A DNA stretch of 63,823 bases, filler included, from Octopus bimaculoides (GCF_001194135.2; 5 parts of 4 records of this genome joined end to end with filler, not necessarily neighbours in it); one strand, 5' to 3'; numbered from the whole stretch's first letter, positions 13,721-27,219 are shown. Made by a program: numbers and translations. Notes: generated by a model from the letters alone, not told the origin.

Positions 13721-14430
13721 CAGAGCACAGTTCTATCATCTAGTCAAGCAGAAACAATAAAAAGACAAAGGTAAAATAATGAAATGATATAGAAAGAGCT
13801 TCTCATAGGTTATGGAATTTATAAGATCATTCCAAATCTATGTACTAGTAAAATTCTCTCTGTATGCATAATGGCAGATTTATTGCTGCACAAATTTCTG
13901 TTGCAGTTACACCAGATAGCGACCAAGAAGGAAATATTCAAGGATAACTCAGAACCCTCTGAAATTAACCCAAAGACAAATACCACGATGATTCTGAAAG
14001 CAAAATATGTTATTAAATCAGGGCTCTGCATTTTTATGAAGAGAAATGCCTCTACTTCTCCAAATAGATTTAAATCTAAATACTGAGTATAATTGTTTCA
14101 AATGGGTTAAAGTAAGAAGTATGTATACTGCATAAGGTTGCTATTAGAGCGTGAATATGCATGCAACATGTTTTAATTAGACCTTGTGATACAAGATTAG
14201 ATTTCGCTACATAATGTGGAGTTGAGGAATATACGAGAAACAGGGATTGAAAAGAAAAAGAAAACAAATAAAAACAAAAGGAATAAAAGCTAAGAAAGAA
14301 AAGAAATGAAGAAAAGGCTTAAAAGGGAAAAGGGAGAGGACAGTTATTAATGGGGTTCAGTCATCGTATGAAAGGGCAGAGAGTAGTACGGAGGAAGAAG
14401 TGATGTACAATATAGTTCGTATCACAGAAA

Positions 14431-14750
14431 GTGAAGTCACGTGGCTTAGTGGTTAGGTTATTCGCTTCACGATCGTAATTTCATTTCGATACTCGATGGC
14501 GCATTGTGTCCTTCAGCAAGACACCATTTCACGTTGTTCTAGTGTACGCAGTTGAAAAGAAAATGAGTAGTACCTGTATTTCAAAGGGGTCAGCCTTCCC
14601 ACTCTGTGTCCCTCTGAATCTGCCAGAGGGAGATTCAGGGTCCGAGTATCTGTGGAAATGCTCATCCACCTGCACGTTAATTACGCAAGCAGGCTTTTCT
14701 GTTGATCAGATCAACTGGAACCCCTTGTCGTTTTAACCGACGGAATGTCA
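14431..14750 (+). mobile_element. SINE family D variant
   Basis: tRNA-like head gtggcttagtggttagg. 3' domain ttaattacgcaagcaggc..gatcaactggaacc shared with 29646-29991. Confidence 0.75.
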
Positions 14751-15585
14751 ATTATCACACGTACCGAAATACGATACCAATGCTGAGAGATAACGAAATT
14801 ATCGGATGTTACTCTAGAGGAAATCAGACTTGGATATCAGGGATAGTATAAGAGAAATTTTGGAAATATCTGGTTTTGTTTTTAAAGGGTCAACATGTCC
14901 GGTGCGATTGCCCTTCGCTCCCCTTGAACGTAGAACATTCATAATTTATCTATGACAATGCAAGACCGAAACGAACGGGATGTGTGCTACAATTCATTAA
15001 CATAACAATCTATTCCATAGATGAATACGATTTAAATTACAACAAATATATTTGTACACAAATTTATAATTTGTAACCAAATAGATAACTGCTCTCACTG
15101 GTCCACTAAAACTATCATCAAAGGCGTAATGCCTTCCCTTAGGTACCAATCAATTTTTAACATGTCTTCATAGTTGCTTTTAAGATTACAAGAAAATGAA
15201 GGACCTACATTGTGGTCGTACATGATATCAAAAATAGTAAATTTCAAATATGAAAGTTCTATTCTAAAAATGAAGGCTTCATTGGATAATCTTTCGTAAG
15301 CGCATACTGTAATATATCTAGTGCTATATATATGGCTACATATGCAATTATAGTTATATTACATATTTACATCATCTATCTAGAAACAGGCTTATGCAAC
15401 AAAATAACTTACACTTACTTTTATATATGCAGTTTTTCGCTCTCTTTCTCGATATATATACCTTTATAGATATATATATGCATAAGCATTCATATATATA
15501 TACATATGCATATACGTCTATATTTGTATGTATCTATCTATCTATATATGTATCCGTATATATGTATTTATATATATATATATAC

Positions 15586-15630
<45 letters not shown>

Positions 15631-15689
15631 NNNNNNNNNNGAGAGAGAGAGAGAGAGAGAGAGAGAGTGAGAGAGAGAGAGAGAGTGAG

Positions 15690-15742
<53 letters not shown>

Positions 15743-16916
15743 TGCATGGATGGAGGGATGAATAGATACACTTATGTATGTATGAAAATATATATGTATA
15801 CGTGTGTGAGTGAGAGTGCGTGCGTGTGTGTGCGTGCGTGTGTGTGTGTGTGTGCTTGCGTATGTGTGCGTGTGTGTATGCTGGTGTATGTACCTATATA
15901 CGTACGCACACGCAAACACAAGAACACACACATATCTATGTAGAGTGAGACAACTACAGCATAGAAACCAAGGGACTTCCGTATCAAATCGTCTTAATTC
16001 TTTCGCTTAGCAACCTTTCTTTTTGTAGGACTGGTTTCACTTGGAAACCGGATATTGGGATTTTGTCGACTGCACACCATTACGCGCATGTAAAGTTTCA
16101 ATTCAAGCAACTTGTTTATGATTACCACACCCTGTATCTTATCTCTTTCAATTCCGATTCTCCCGCTGTCTTCGGCAATGGCAGCTTTCATTTATAGCAT
16201 GCAATCAGATATCACCAGTTATTTCCTTTACTTGTTGCAAGCTTCAATCAGGTTTAATCGCAATGTTACATTCGATAATATCCTATGTCATTTTATCAGA
16301 TGAGTATTCTTTTTCTCCCACGTCTATCTTACCTCTCACGTCATAATTCCGATGAATGTTTGCTATAAAACCAGGGTGGAACTTTTGTTTATTTAATGAA
16401 GTAATGTAATTTGGCATTTAGTAAAAGGTTACCTTACTTTTAGCTTGGATCAATGTACAGTTTGTGTTTCATTATAGATTTTTATATCTTTCATTATATA
16501 CTATCTAAAGTAGATTAAAAATTCTTAGAAGTGAAATAAAAACCATTTAGATTTCTGTTCAAGAAAAGAATCTGTCGCAATATTTTTTTGCATAGCATCT
16601 CCTCTGTATAAGTAAAGAACAAATACCATTCTTATGTTTGTGTATGTGAGTATGTGCGCGCGCATATGTGTGCTTGTGTGTATGTGTGTGGAACAAATAT
16701 TGTATGTGTTAGCACAGCCACACTTAAACACATACATATACACGCGTGTGCAAGTTATCACATGAAAAGTGTTGAGATATGTAATTTTTATGTATACTGA
16801 GTATGTTACACATATGTATGCAAAAGAATGTAGGCCTCTCGTAGGCAACAACTTTGTTGCTACTTTAAGAGAATAAATAAGCGAGATCATTGCACGAAAT
16901 GAGATGCAGCAATCAT

Positions 16917-16965
<49 letters not shown>

Positions 16966-17099
16966 NNNNNNNNNNNNNNNNNNNNNNNNNNNNNNNNNNN
17001 NNNNNNNNNNNNNNNNNNNNNNNNNNNNNNNNNNNNNNNNNNNNNNNNNNNNNNNNNNNNNNNNNNNNNNNNNNNNNNNNNNNNNNNNNNNNNNNNNNN

Positions 17100-17160
<61 letters not shown>

Positions 17161-17602
17161 CACGCACACGTTTACACATACATGTGTGTACGCTTGTGTA
17201 TGCTTGTGTATGTATGTACATGTATATACTTATAGCTAAATCTATCTATCAATTTACAAGGAAAATCCAAAAGACCAGTTACAATGCAGCCAAATGTCAC
17301 ATATAAACGCCTAAGAAATTAGTAAGCACACTTGTGTGGGTATTAATTCCGAGAAGTGAGATGTGCTTTTGGAGAACATAAGAAAAATGGAAAATGGAGA
17401 CAAACGCTCAAGATGTTATTTAAATCATGTATATCACCATACCACCGACATATGTTTCGATTGATGCATTAAGATAAATCTGAGAGGAAGAATAATGCGG
17501 AAAAATGCATCAATCATATCTCAGGGAAGAAACTATAAACAAAAATGCTCATCAAGAAGTCATTTTTACAGATGTAAGAAACTACAATAATAATAATAAT
17601 AA

Positions 17603-17702
17603 NNNNNNNNNNNNNNNNNNNNNNNNNNNNNNNNNNNNNNNNNNNNTTAATTAATTAANNNNNNNNNNNNNNNNNNNNNNNNNNNNNNNNNNNNNNNNNN
17701 NN
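17603..17702. other. Scaffold join: 44 N + TTAATTAATTAA + 44 N
   Basis: Identical 100-bp construct also at 34992-35091, 51487-51586 and 59642-59741. Confidence 0.9.
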
Positions 17703-17733
17703 GAAGTGAAAGCACGTTATAAAAATAAAACTA

Positions 17734-17814
<81 letters not shown>
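17703..17814 (+). mobile_element. 3' end of young Dong-like LINE plus (AAT)n tail
   Basis: gaagtgaaagcacgttataaaaataaaactactg is the reverse complement of the sequence at 34645-34680 and 40696-40731. Confidence 0.85.
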
Positions 17815-18211
17815 CCGCCCTTAGACAGGTCTTGTATTTCATCTTGCAGAGTGACCAAATAGTAAAAAGCACCCTCTTCACAAAGCAAGCTTTGCGGGGT
17901 GGCCGGTCGCTGACGGCCCGACAGCTGAAGAAAAAAGATGGTGGGGGTAGTTTACTAGTTAAGTTAACTCTTACTATCACGTTAGATAGATATTAGCATT
18001 TGCCTTATAAGTTTGGCTAGGCTGCTGGTAAAAAAGTGAGCTGGGGGAGGAGAGCTTCAGACAAGCTAGTCTCACAGTCTGTTTGATTGGCTAATCACAC
18101 ACGGTGTTTAATTAATCTGGTGGTGGGCGGTGTGTAGATCGGTTTGAGGACTGACTGGAGTAGTCTGGGTGTTTAAAGAGCTGCTTTCCATATGAATGTG
18201 CATAAATAAAG

Positions 18212-19262
18212 TATGCGATATGGCGCAGGTGTTGTTAGGTGGACAAAGAACGAGCTTGAGGAAATGGACAGGAAAACCAGAAAAGTGATAACAATTAACA
18301 AGGAACTACACCCAAAAGCGATACTGACAGACTGTATGTGCCTAGGAACAGGGGAGGAAGAGGCTTCATAGGATGCAATGTCTGTATTGTCAACGAGAAG
18401 AACAGTCTCGGATGGTACATCAAACAGCAGAGTGAATCCTTGCTTGCTGCTGTTAGAATTAACAATATAATACCTACCAAAAATGTGATGCACCCACAAC
18501 CATTTAAGAAACAAGACGAAGAAGAAATAATAAGCAATTGGAAAATGAAATCACTGCATGGGCAATACCTCAGAGAAATCGAAGGAAAAGACAAGATCAA
18601 CGCTTGGGGATAGCTAAGAAAAAGTGATCTGAAAGGATGCACAGAGGCATTGATATGCAGTGCCCAGGAACAAGCTCTGACAATTAATTACACCAAGTTC
18701 CAAATAGATAAGTGCAGCTAATCGCTCCTTTGTATGATGTATTGCAGCAAAAACGAAACAATCTCACATATTGTAAGTGATTTTAGCAAACTGGCCCAAA
18801 GGCATTGCAAAAGGAGGCACGATAACGGGGCTAAGTTCATCCACTGGAGGCTATGTGGAAAGTACGGCCTGGACAGAGCACGAAAATCGTACGAACATGA
18901 GCCAGAAGGAGTCACAGAGAACAAGGAATATGAGATACTGTGGGATTTTACAATCCAATGCTCGGAGACCAGATATTGTTGTGGTAGATAAAGAGAAAAA
19001 GGAAACCAAGATTATAGATATTGCAATACCTGGGGATCCACGTTTAAGTGACAAAGAACTAGAAAGGATTGGAAAGTACGGACCTCTAAAAGACTAAATT
19101 GCAAGAATGTGGACTATGAAGAGAGTGTCATTCCAGTAGTAGTAGGAGCCCTCGGAGCACTAACAACCAAATTCGAGAAATATGACAGAGAAATCGAAAT
19201 TGAGAAATGAGAAAACGAAATTGACATGAGCAAGCCCAAAAAACTGCTTTGCAGGGGACAAA
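18212..19262 (+). mobile_element. 5'-truncated R4/Dong-like LINE: thumb, CCHC knuckle and RLE endonuclease, pseudogenised
   Basis: MRYGAGVVRW..HPK..LYVPRNRGGRG, LHGQYLR, C..C..KNETISHIVS, HWRLCGKYG, WDF, RRPDIVVVDK..IIDIAIPGD, PVVVGALG. Confidence 0.92.
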
Positions 19263-19920
19263 GAAAGTTAGTGAAAAATTTCTTCTTCCTCTTTTCTTTT
19301 TTTTTTTCTCTGTTTATCTTCTCCAAATATTCCTATCTAGCTTCTGTAAAGAAAAGATCACTTTGCCATAAGGCTAGCAGTACAATGCCATAGAAAGTTA
19401 GTTAAACATTTCTTCTTCCCCTTCTCTTTTTTTTTTTCTTTATCTTCTCCAAATATTCCTATCTAGCTACTGTAAGGAAAAGACCGCTTTGCCATGAGGC
19501 CGATGCGACCACACTCAAACCCCCACCACCTCTTTCCCGTATTCAAACTGGGAGTGAGGCAATTATTCTTTTTTTTTTTTCGGTCGGGACATCGGCGACT
19601 AAACCGGCAACCCAGAGCTTGCTCTGTAAGGGGGGTGCATGATTCTTGCTATTTTGACACCCTACAGGAAGAACAAGATCTGTATAAAGGCTAATGGACT
19701 CTTACGCGGTAACGGCCACCAAAATAGCTTATACCTAAAAGGCAGAAGCAATAATAACGCTTGAACATCCATTCTAGGAGACGGAAACTCCTAAATTAAA
19801 CCAGGATTACAGGAATCCTATATCCTAGGATGGAGATCCTGTCAGTGATGGTGTCACGAGGAAAAAGATACTGGTGGTTGTGCAACCTAAAATTCACTAT
19901 CCCTCATCATGAGTGCTGAA

Positions 19921-22482
19921 ATGTCAAAAAAAAATAGAAATAAGAACGGCGTGAATGAGGCTGAAACACCTTGTGATGGTCACTCGCCTGACGGGTGCCC
20001 CACGGGTGAGCAGCATAGGCCCAGTGGTCATCAAGCAACTACTAAAAAAAGGTAGACGAAATGATAATGAAGTACCCGCTAGGGGATGTAGGAAAAGAAT
20101 GCGCAAGGCATCGAGCGACGGAGGTTTATTTGAATTAAGTGAACAAAATCTGTGTGACTAAGCTAAAGCCATCTGAAAGAATGAATGGTTATTTCTAATT
20201 GAGCTAGAAAGCATTAAGAGACGGGTGCTTAGAGATAGTAAGACAAGCGGTGAACGGAAGGAGGGGGAAGAGAATGCAGATAGTGAAACTATGGCAGTAG
20301 AGTTAAAGGAAGAAAACGAGCATGAGGCTGAAATTAGTGATCAGGAAAGCGATGAGAGAACCGAGGAACAGATATCCATTTTAAATGAAATCATTGATAT
20401 TTGGACCTCTGTGAACAGAGCCTTCATACGGGGTTTAAAAAATTAGACAGAAAGAAACTCAATGAATGGGTCAAGAAGATAAATGATATCACGGGTGATA
20501 TCAAGACTGACAACATCACAGACACCAACAATCTGATCAATGCAATCTCGATCTTTATAGCCTCGAATTTAAGTTTGAAAGCCAAAGGTAAATGTCAAGA
20601 TAACCTGAAGGAGCTTTGGTGGAAAAGGCGAATAACGCAGTCTTTTAACGAGACCAGAAAACATATTAATATTCTAGAACGGAAAAAAAGAAATGAAGTT
20701 CCACGAGAGAAATATGTTGAGCTAGAGAGGAAGTATAGGGTGAAGAGAAAGGGAATCAATGTTGTGATTGAGGAATTAAAACAGATGTTGAAAGCTAAAG
20801 CACATAAACTAAAGAGATATGAACAGAGAACTGAGCGGTACAGATTAAACAGACTTTTCGAACAAAATCAGAAACGAGTCTATCAGGAACTGGTTGGGAA
20901 AGAAAAAGGTGAAAAAAGCCGCGCCAGGTTCTGAAGAAAGCAAAAGATTCTGGTCAAGTATATGGTCTCATGAGAAACAATATGAGACTGAAACAGAGTG
21001 GTTAAAGACACTCAAAGAGGAGAGTGGAGAGTATCATCAGGAGGAATTGAAAATAACCGAGGGGATGATTAGAGATGAGTGCAGGAAAATTCCTAACTGG
21101 AAAGCACCTGGCCCAGAATGGGTTCAAGACTTTTCGCTTGAAAACCTGACAGCTCTGCACAAGAGAATTGCGACACAGATGGACGAAATACTGAGTAGTG
21201 ACATCCAAGTACCGGCCTGGATGATAAAAGGAAGAACGGTACAATGCCAAAAGAACCCGAGTAAAGGGAATGCGATTGGAAATTTCCGACCAATATCTTG
21301 TTTGCCACTGATGTAGAAACTGATGATGGGCATCATATCACACAACATCCTATAAGTACCTAGATGAGAACGACCTACTACCAGTGGGTGTAGACGTAAG
21401 AGTAGAGGAACGAAGGATCAATTACCAATCGATAAGACTATCCTGGTTGATTGCAAGAAGAGACACAAAAATTTGGCGATGACATGGCTGGACTAGAGGA
21501 AAGCATATGATATGGTCCCACACACGTGGATTATTGAATGCCTTAAACTGCTTAAGGTCTTCCATAATATCCTGAAACTAATACAAAACTCAATGACAAC
21601 GTGGCGAACTGAACTCACAGCATGGGGAAATAATCTGGGAGAGGTAAATATCAAAATAGGCATCTTCCAAGGGGACAGTCTGTCGCCTCTCCTATTTGTT
21701 GTCTGCATACTGCCACTAATGAGCGTTTTAAGAAAGCTGCGTGTGGGGTACATGCTAGGCAGGGTGAAAGTAAACAACCTGTGATTTATGGATGACCTAA
21801 AGCTATTCGCTAAGACTGAGAAAGAAATAGTTTGACGGCAACTGTGCAGATGATTAGCAAAGATGTTGGCATGAAATTTGGGATCGAGAAATGTGGTGAA
21901 ATGATTCTCAAAAGCGTGGAAATCAGTAAAAGCCATGGGATAAAGCTGGAAAGTGGTGAAACTATAAAGAAAGTCGGAGAGGAAGAATATAAGCACCTGG
22001 ATATCATTGAAAGAGATAAGATGAATGAACACAAGATGAAAGAAATGTACAGGAAAGCGTATTTGAGGAGTACGCGGTTTGTGCTCCAACCGAAGGTAAA
22101 TGGCCGCTATAAGATTAGAGCAATTAACACGTGGGCGGTTGTTTTGATGAGATATGGGGCAGGAATAGTTTCTTGGAAAAAGAATGAATTACAAGAGACA
22201 GACCGGAGAACATGTAAATTAATGACAATGAAGAAGGAACTACACCCTAAGAGTGATGTGTCAAGATTGTATGTAAAGAGGAAAGAAGGAGGACGGGGAT
22301 TGGTGTGTTGGAAGGTTGTGTAAGGGAAGAAGAGAATAGCGTGGCTTGGTATGCCAAGGGGAATAACGAAGAAATGATTGAGGCAATGAAAATGCAGGGA
22401 ACCTTATAAGTGAACGAAGCCATAGAACCAACAAGATTTAAGAAAGACCAGAGAGAACAGATGAAGAAAATTTGGACCACAC
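19921..22482 (+). pseudogene. Near-full-length R4/Dong-like retrotransposon ORF (N-terminal domain and RT), many stops and frameshifts, lacks RLE
   Basis: N-term RGCRKRM..SEQNLCD..KNEWL; WWKRRI; WKAPGP; NFRPISCLP; WLD*RKAYDMVPH; GIFQGDSLSPLLF; FMDDLKLF; MKFGIEKC; HPKSDVSRLY..EGGRGL. Confidence 0.93.
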
Positions 22483-23480
22483 TGACTAGCCTGGCGAGCC
22501 GGGTTGTGGCCCGCGGGGTGCCTGCTGCACATCTCTGTTTTAATGCTATATCCCAGCGTGGCCGTTGTTCAAATACTGGAACCAATAAAAGGATACAACA
22601 ACACCTTAAATAATTATTGATAATACACAAAGAATGAATGCAGGGTATTATTTCGCTTGCGCAGACAAATACTAGCTTTATGGGAAAACAAAAACTAAAT
22701 GCTACAGAACATAAAACTGAAAAATATTCGTCTTTCACCTACAACATAGCATTAACTCCTCCTTTTAACCCAACATCGACAGAATAATGAAATTTAAAAT
22801 CTCTATAGTCTCGGGGCTGACAAAATAGAAAACATACACTAAAACAAATCTGAAAGAACCACTCCCATCTATAAACTATAACAACATTGTTAAACTCAAA
22901 ACAATCTAGGGAAAGTTTATTCAAAATTTCGACAAAAAATCAGAAAAGTAGCATAGTACGCACCCATCACTCTCCCATGCGCACCCTCGAAAATTTTAGA
23001 AGGGCTCCTTGACAGCACTAACCCCTGAAAACACGTCGCCAAATCACAGACCTCCTACTTCCAACTACCACCCTACTAAAAAACCTGACACAGAAAATAG
23101 ATAACGACTTCAACAGTAACGAGAAAACACACACGCACACGCCATTTTAACTACCATCGGCATCAGCAAATTTACGCACAAAACACTTAAGACCTCCTGA
23201 AGCGCAACATAAAACGTTAGTTAAAAAATTGTGTCAGGTTGTCAAACCTGCGTAGTGTTCAAACATCTGCAAATTCCTGAACGTAGTACAACAATGATGC
23301 ATGTTCTGGACCACAATGTAACCTTCTTTTTAAGATAACAGAGAGTACTTGGAGATTTGGCTGCTATTCCTTACAGTATGGACGACGGCATAAACCTTTG
23401 CATCTAAACTGTTTTCTTATTTGTGTAGTGATGATGCTTTGATTTATTTGAAAATAACTAGGCTGCTATGTGATTATTAG

Positions 23481-23528
<48 letters not shown>

Positions 23529-25429
23529 NNNNNNNNNNTCCATACAGAAGCGCTGGGTTATACTTCTTTGTCACTCTGTACCCATAAATCAGAAGGTGGA
23601 AATAATCTTAGGGTAACCATCTTAAACACTTCATTCATCAAAAAGAAAACCTCGGCATGAAACAAGAAAAGGAAACTTGTGTCATCAAGCCACAGAACAA
23701 TAATTTTATCCAGTAAAATATTTACATCAAACTTGCATCTATACTTCTGAAATTGTAAAATCTCTATAGAATATAAATTTAAAATTCTGGTTATCACCAT
23801 TGACAGGAAGCTATAATAAAGTTGAACAACAGTTTCAAGCGCTACCGAAAATTGCAAACAAATTGGAAATGAAAGGAACAACCACTACTTTCATAGTACG
23901 AATCCGAGGTATCTTTGAGTATAAACCTGTCTATTGAGATTCATACAGCATTCTTCGGTCAAATCAAACTAATCCAATGGAAAGCACTCAGGATAATCAT
24001 AGTTGATAGATCTACAGCTTCTAAAAACACTTGCCATAAACAACACACATTACAGTAAATAGCTACAGCAACATCACTTTATACAATACACAAAAGATAA
24101 AAATCCTTTAGAATTCAGACTGTCATCGCGCCATGAAAGTCGTTGTTGTTATTACTTAGCTTCAGGTCAACTTTGCAAGATCAGACATACGATCAAAAGC
24201 ATTCTTACCATCACCATTTCGATTATGAAGGGGGAGAGGTGTCTCGCATGCCCTGCGACGAAACCGGCATCGCGGAGTAAACCGAGAATACTGGTTGCCA
24301 TAAACAATGTAGTATTCCCGGTTGAGACCAATGGAATTGGAAAGTCCATTAAAACAATGAATGCTCACTCGTCTGCAATTGCGCATCAATAGCTGTATTT
24401 GTGATGCGGATGTGACTCTCCCATCTGCAATCAATCATATTCAAGGGGCAGTGTATTGTAATCTCAGTCACTTATCCACCATAGAAACCAGATTGAGCTC
24501 CGGCTTTATGAGTCCTAAGGCTCATGACACACCAATTTAGCTCCACATTCTCCAATGTGTCCTTCCTGTTTTAAATAAAATAGAAAATGGTTTGATGGGG
24601 CTTTTGCAAATATTTTTAGCAGACTGAGCAAGCACGCGGAGGCTCCTCGATCAATTTATTGCATTATGAAGGTCATCGTTAGATAAAGACTAATCTTTCC
24701 ATGCTTTCATGTCTACATCCACCCCACTCTATATACTGGACCAGAATTTCCTGTTTCCTGTGATTAAGACAGAAAGAATTTTAAGATACTCAAACGAGAA
24801 ACTTCAAGATACTAAACACATAAAGCGCGACAAGCCACGATCGTGGCCCAGATAGATGCATTCAATTTATGAGCGTTTGTTGGGGTCTAATGTCACTCAT
24901 ACGCTCCGATACTCCTCAGAATGCAAGAGGACTAATAGTTCAACTAATGACCTTTCAGATGATGTAAAACTTGCTACCATTATATATTACGAAGATATTT
25001 TAGCTATCTTTTTTTATATGTGTGCATGGTAGTCTCATTTTCATAAAATGTGCTCAGCAGTCCATGCTATGTAAGTGCAAATCCCAGCGTTTTATGGATT
25101 AAACAAGAATCCTCGTTCAAGGGATTATGAATTCCTTAAAAAACCTCCTGTTACTTTTTCTTTCAGGTGTGTCGAAAACCAATGCTTGATCTATTGAACT
25201 TTCCCTTTGAGCTAAATTCAAGGTTTTGTACAGAGAGGCATGTGTGATTGCACACAGAAGAATGTGCATGTGCTTTTCGTATGTGATGCGTCTGTATGTG
25301 TGTACGCACGTACGAGTATACATGGTTATTTATGATTACTCAACCGCCACTTCGAGGATTTTCAAACTTAAAAAGTTTTAAATTTTACCACTTTATCTGT
25401 TTAATGTGATCGTCTTTATTATCGGTCGA

Positions 25430-25850
25430 TCGGCTATAAGTAGCAGCCAAACACCTCTCAAATCAAACTCCACCGTTTCAAACGAGGAAAGACACTTTGG
25501 ATACAGTATGTGTTATTGTGCATGGAAGTGTATGCGATGTGCGTAATGCAAAAGTGCGTGCGTGGATTTATGAGTATGTATAAACCTTTACCCGCCATTT
25601 CGATGATCAGCAACCTTACGTTTTACAAAATTGTTTTTATTTATCACGTTTCCGATTTTCCGATTTAACGAGATAGCATTTAGGTTCTCGCACAATCTGT
25701 TAAAAGTAGCAGCCAAATCTCCCTTAAATCAAACCTCACCGCCTGAAACAAAGAAAGGCACATTGGATTATGTCATCCTAGATACCTCTAAAACGACGGG
25801 ATGGCCATGGCTGAAATACTTTTCATCATAGATTTAATGCACCAGAATAG
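25430..25850. repeat. Dispersed repeat family E (agcagccaaatctccctcaaatc..), two adjacent diverged copies
   Basis: Same motif at about 5460-5620, 23300-23380, 24150-24650, 27340-27450, 29225-29580 and 44790-44950. Confidence 0.65.
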
Positions 25851-26066
25851 ACGTAGTACCAAACAATGGCAACCAAGAATTTTTTATTTATTTCTCTTTT
25901 ATAGAAATTAATTTCGATGAGGTAAAAGTTAGATATACTAAAAACATAACGTTTTGACAATTTTCTTGATTTTAATTTTTACCGAAAACTAAAAGTTATA
26001 CTGGGGTTTTACAACTCAAAGTGATTATAGATTTATGAGGATACCCCTTGCCAGAATTTGAAAATT

Positions 26067-26313
26067 TTGCTTACCAACCACATGGTTCCGGGTTCAGTCC
26101 CACTGCGTGGCACCTTGGGCAAGTGTTTTCTACTATAGCCTCGGGCCGACCAAAGCCTTGTGAGTGGATTTGGTAGACGGAAACTGAAAGAAGCCCGTCG
26201 TATATATATATGTGTGTGTGTGTCTGTGTTTGTCCTCCTAGCATTGCTTGACAACTGATGCTGGTGTGTTTATGTCCCCGTCACTTAGCGGTTCGGCAAA
26301 AAGAGACCGATAG
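26067..26313 (+). mobile_element. SINE family A, partial (runs into a gap)
   Basis: catggttccgggttcagtcccactgcgtggcaccttgggcaag.. Confidence 0.9.
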
Positions 26314-26516
26314 NNNNNNNNNNNNNNNNNNNNNNNNNNNNNNNNNNNNNNNNNNNNNNNNNNNNNNNNNNNNNNNNNNNNNNNNNNNNNNNNNNNNNNN
26401 NNNNNNNNNNNNNNNNNNNNNNNNNNNNNNNNNNNNNNNNNNNNNNNNNNNNNNNNNNNNNNNNNNNNNNNNNNNNNNNNNNNNNNNNNNNNNNNNNNNN
26501 NNNNNNNNNNNNNNNN

Positions 26517-26789
26517 AGACACGTGTACCCTTAACGTAGTTCTCGGAGATATTCAGCGTGACACTGCTGACCCTTTGAATTACAGGCACAACAGAAACAG
26601 GAAGCAAGAGTGAGAGAAAGTTGTGGTGAAAAAGTACAGCAGGGTTCACCACCATCCCCTGCTGGATGCCAAGTGGAGCTTTAGGTGTTTTCGTTCAATA
26701 AACACTCACAGCGCACGGTCTGGGAATCGAAACTGCGATCCTACGACCGCGAGTCCGCTGCCCTAACCACTGGGCCATTGTGCCTCCAC
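26517..26789 (-). mobile_element. tRNA-derived SINE family D
   Basis: Minus head gtggaggcacaatggcccagtggttagggcagcggactcgcggtcgtaggatcgcagtttcgattcc (boxes A and B). Confidence 0.88.
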
Positions 26790-26893
26790 TCTCCGAACAT
26801 TAAATTAAAACTAAACTTTTTTCCATGGTCTCGTGGTGGATTTTTTGTTTTGTTTTGTTTTGTTTTTTTTGTAGCTCTGTTCTTCCTCTACAA

Positions 26894-27219
26894 CAGTGGT
26901 TCTCAACCGGGGTCCGTATAAAATTTTGTGGGTCCATGCAACAAAACAGAAAAATTGGGAATCCACAATCGTATTTTAAGGGCCCATGAAGAAATTTTGC
27001 ATTTGGTGTATTGGTATGTATTGCAAGAAACAGCTAGGTTTCTTCTCTTACATTTTACCTCATTCGACCTACACAAGTTAATGAGTGAAAAATAAAATAG
27101 GAATTTTGAAAGAAGTTTCTATAAAACTAGTTTTGAAACATTGAATGGTTATGGGGGTCCACCAGAATAAAACAGTAATCAAAGGGGGCCGTAGATAAAA
27201 AAAAAAAAGTTGAGAACTC
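26894..27219. mobile_element. hAT (Charlie-type) MITE
   Basis: TIR cagtggttctcaac / gttgagaactc. 8-bp TSD ctctacaa (26886-93) / ctctataa (27220-27), which fits the NTCTAGAN-type target. Confidence 0.75.

Noticed and set aside
17647-17658. TTAATTAATTAA as a biological motif or CRISPR-like repeat
   Set aside because: It is always centred in a 100-bp N block, so it is an assembly linker.
17869-17930. Bona fide HDV-like or twister ribozyme call
   Set aside because: It lacks G1-U, the L3 CC/P1.1 pair and twister core nucleotides. Kept only as an unexplained structured segment.
22620-23200. NUMT suggested by A/C strand skew
   Set aside because: No mitochondrial protein, rRNA or tRNA motif could be recognised.
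23558-23881. 107-aa minus ORF with a good acceptor near 23747
   Set aside because: No recognisable homology, an AT-rich random-like peptide, and no convincing donor.
26720-26789. tRNA gene (also the heads at 7740-7811, 14431-14490 and 55730-55789)
   Set aside because: These are box A/B heads followed by SINE bodies that recur in the window; there is no complete cloverleaf.
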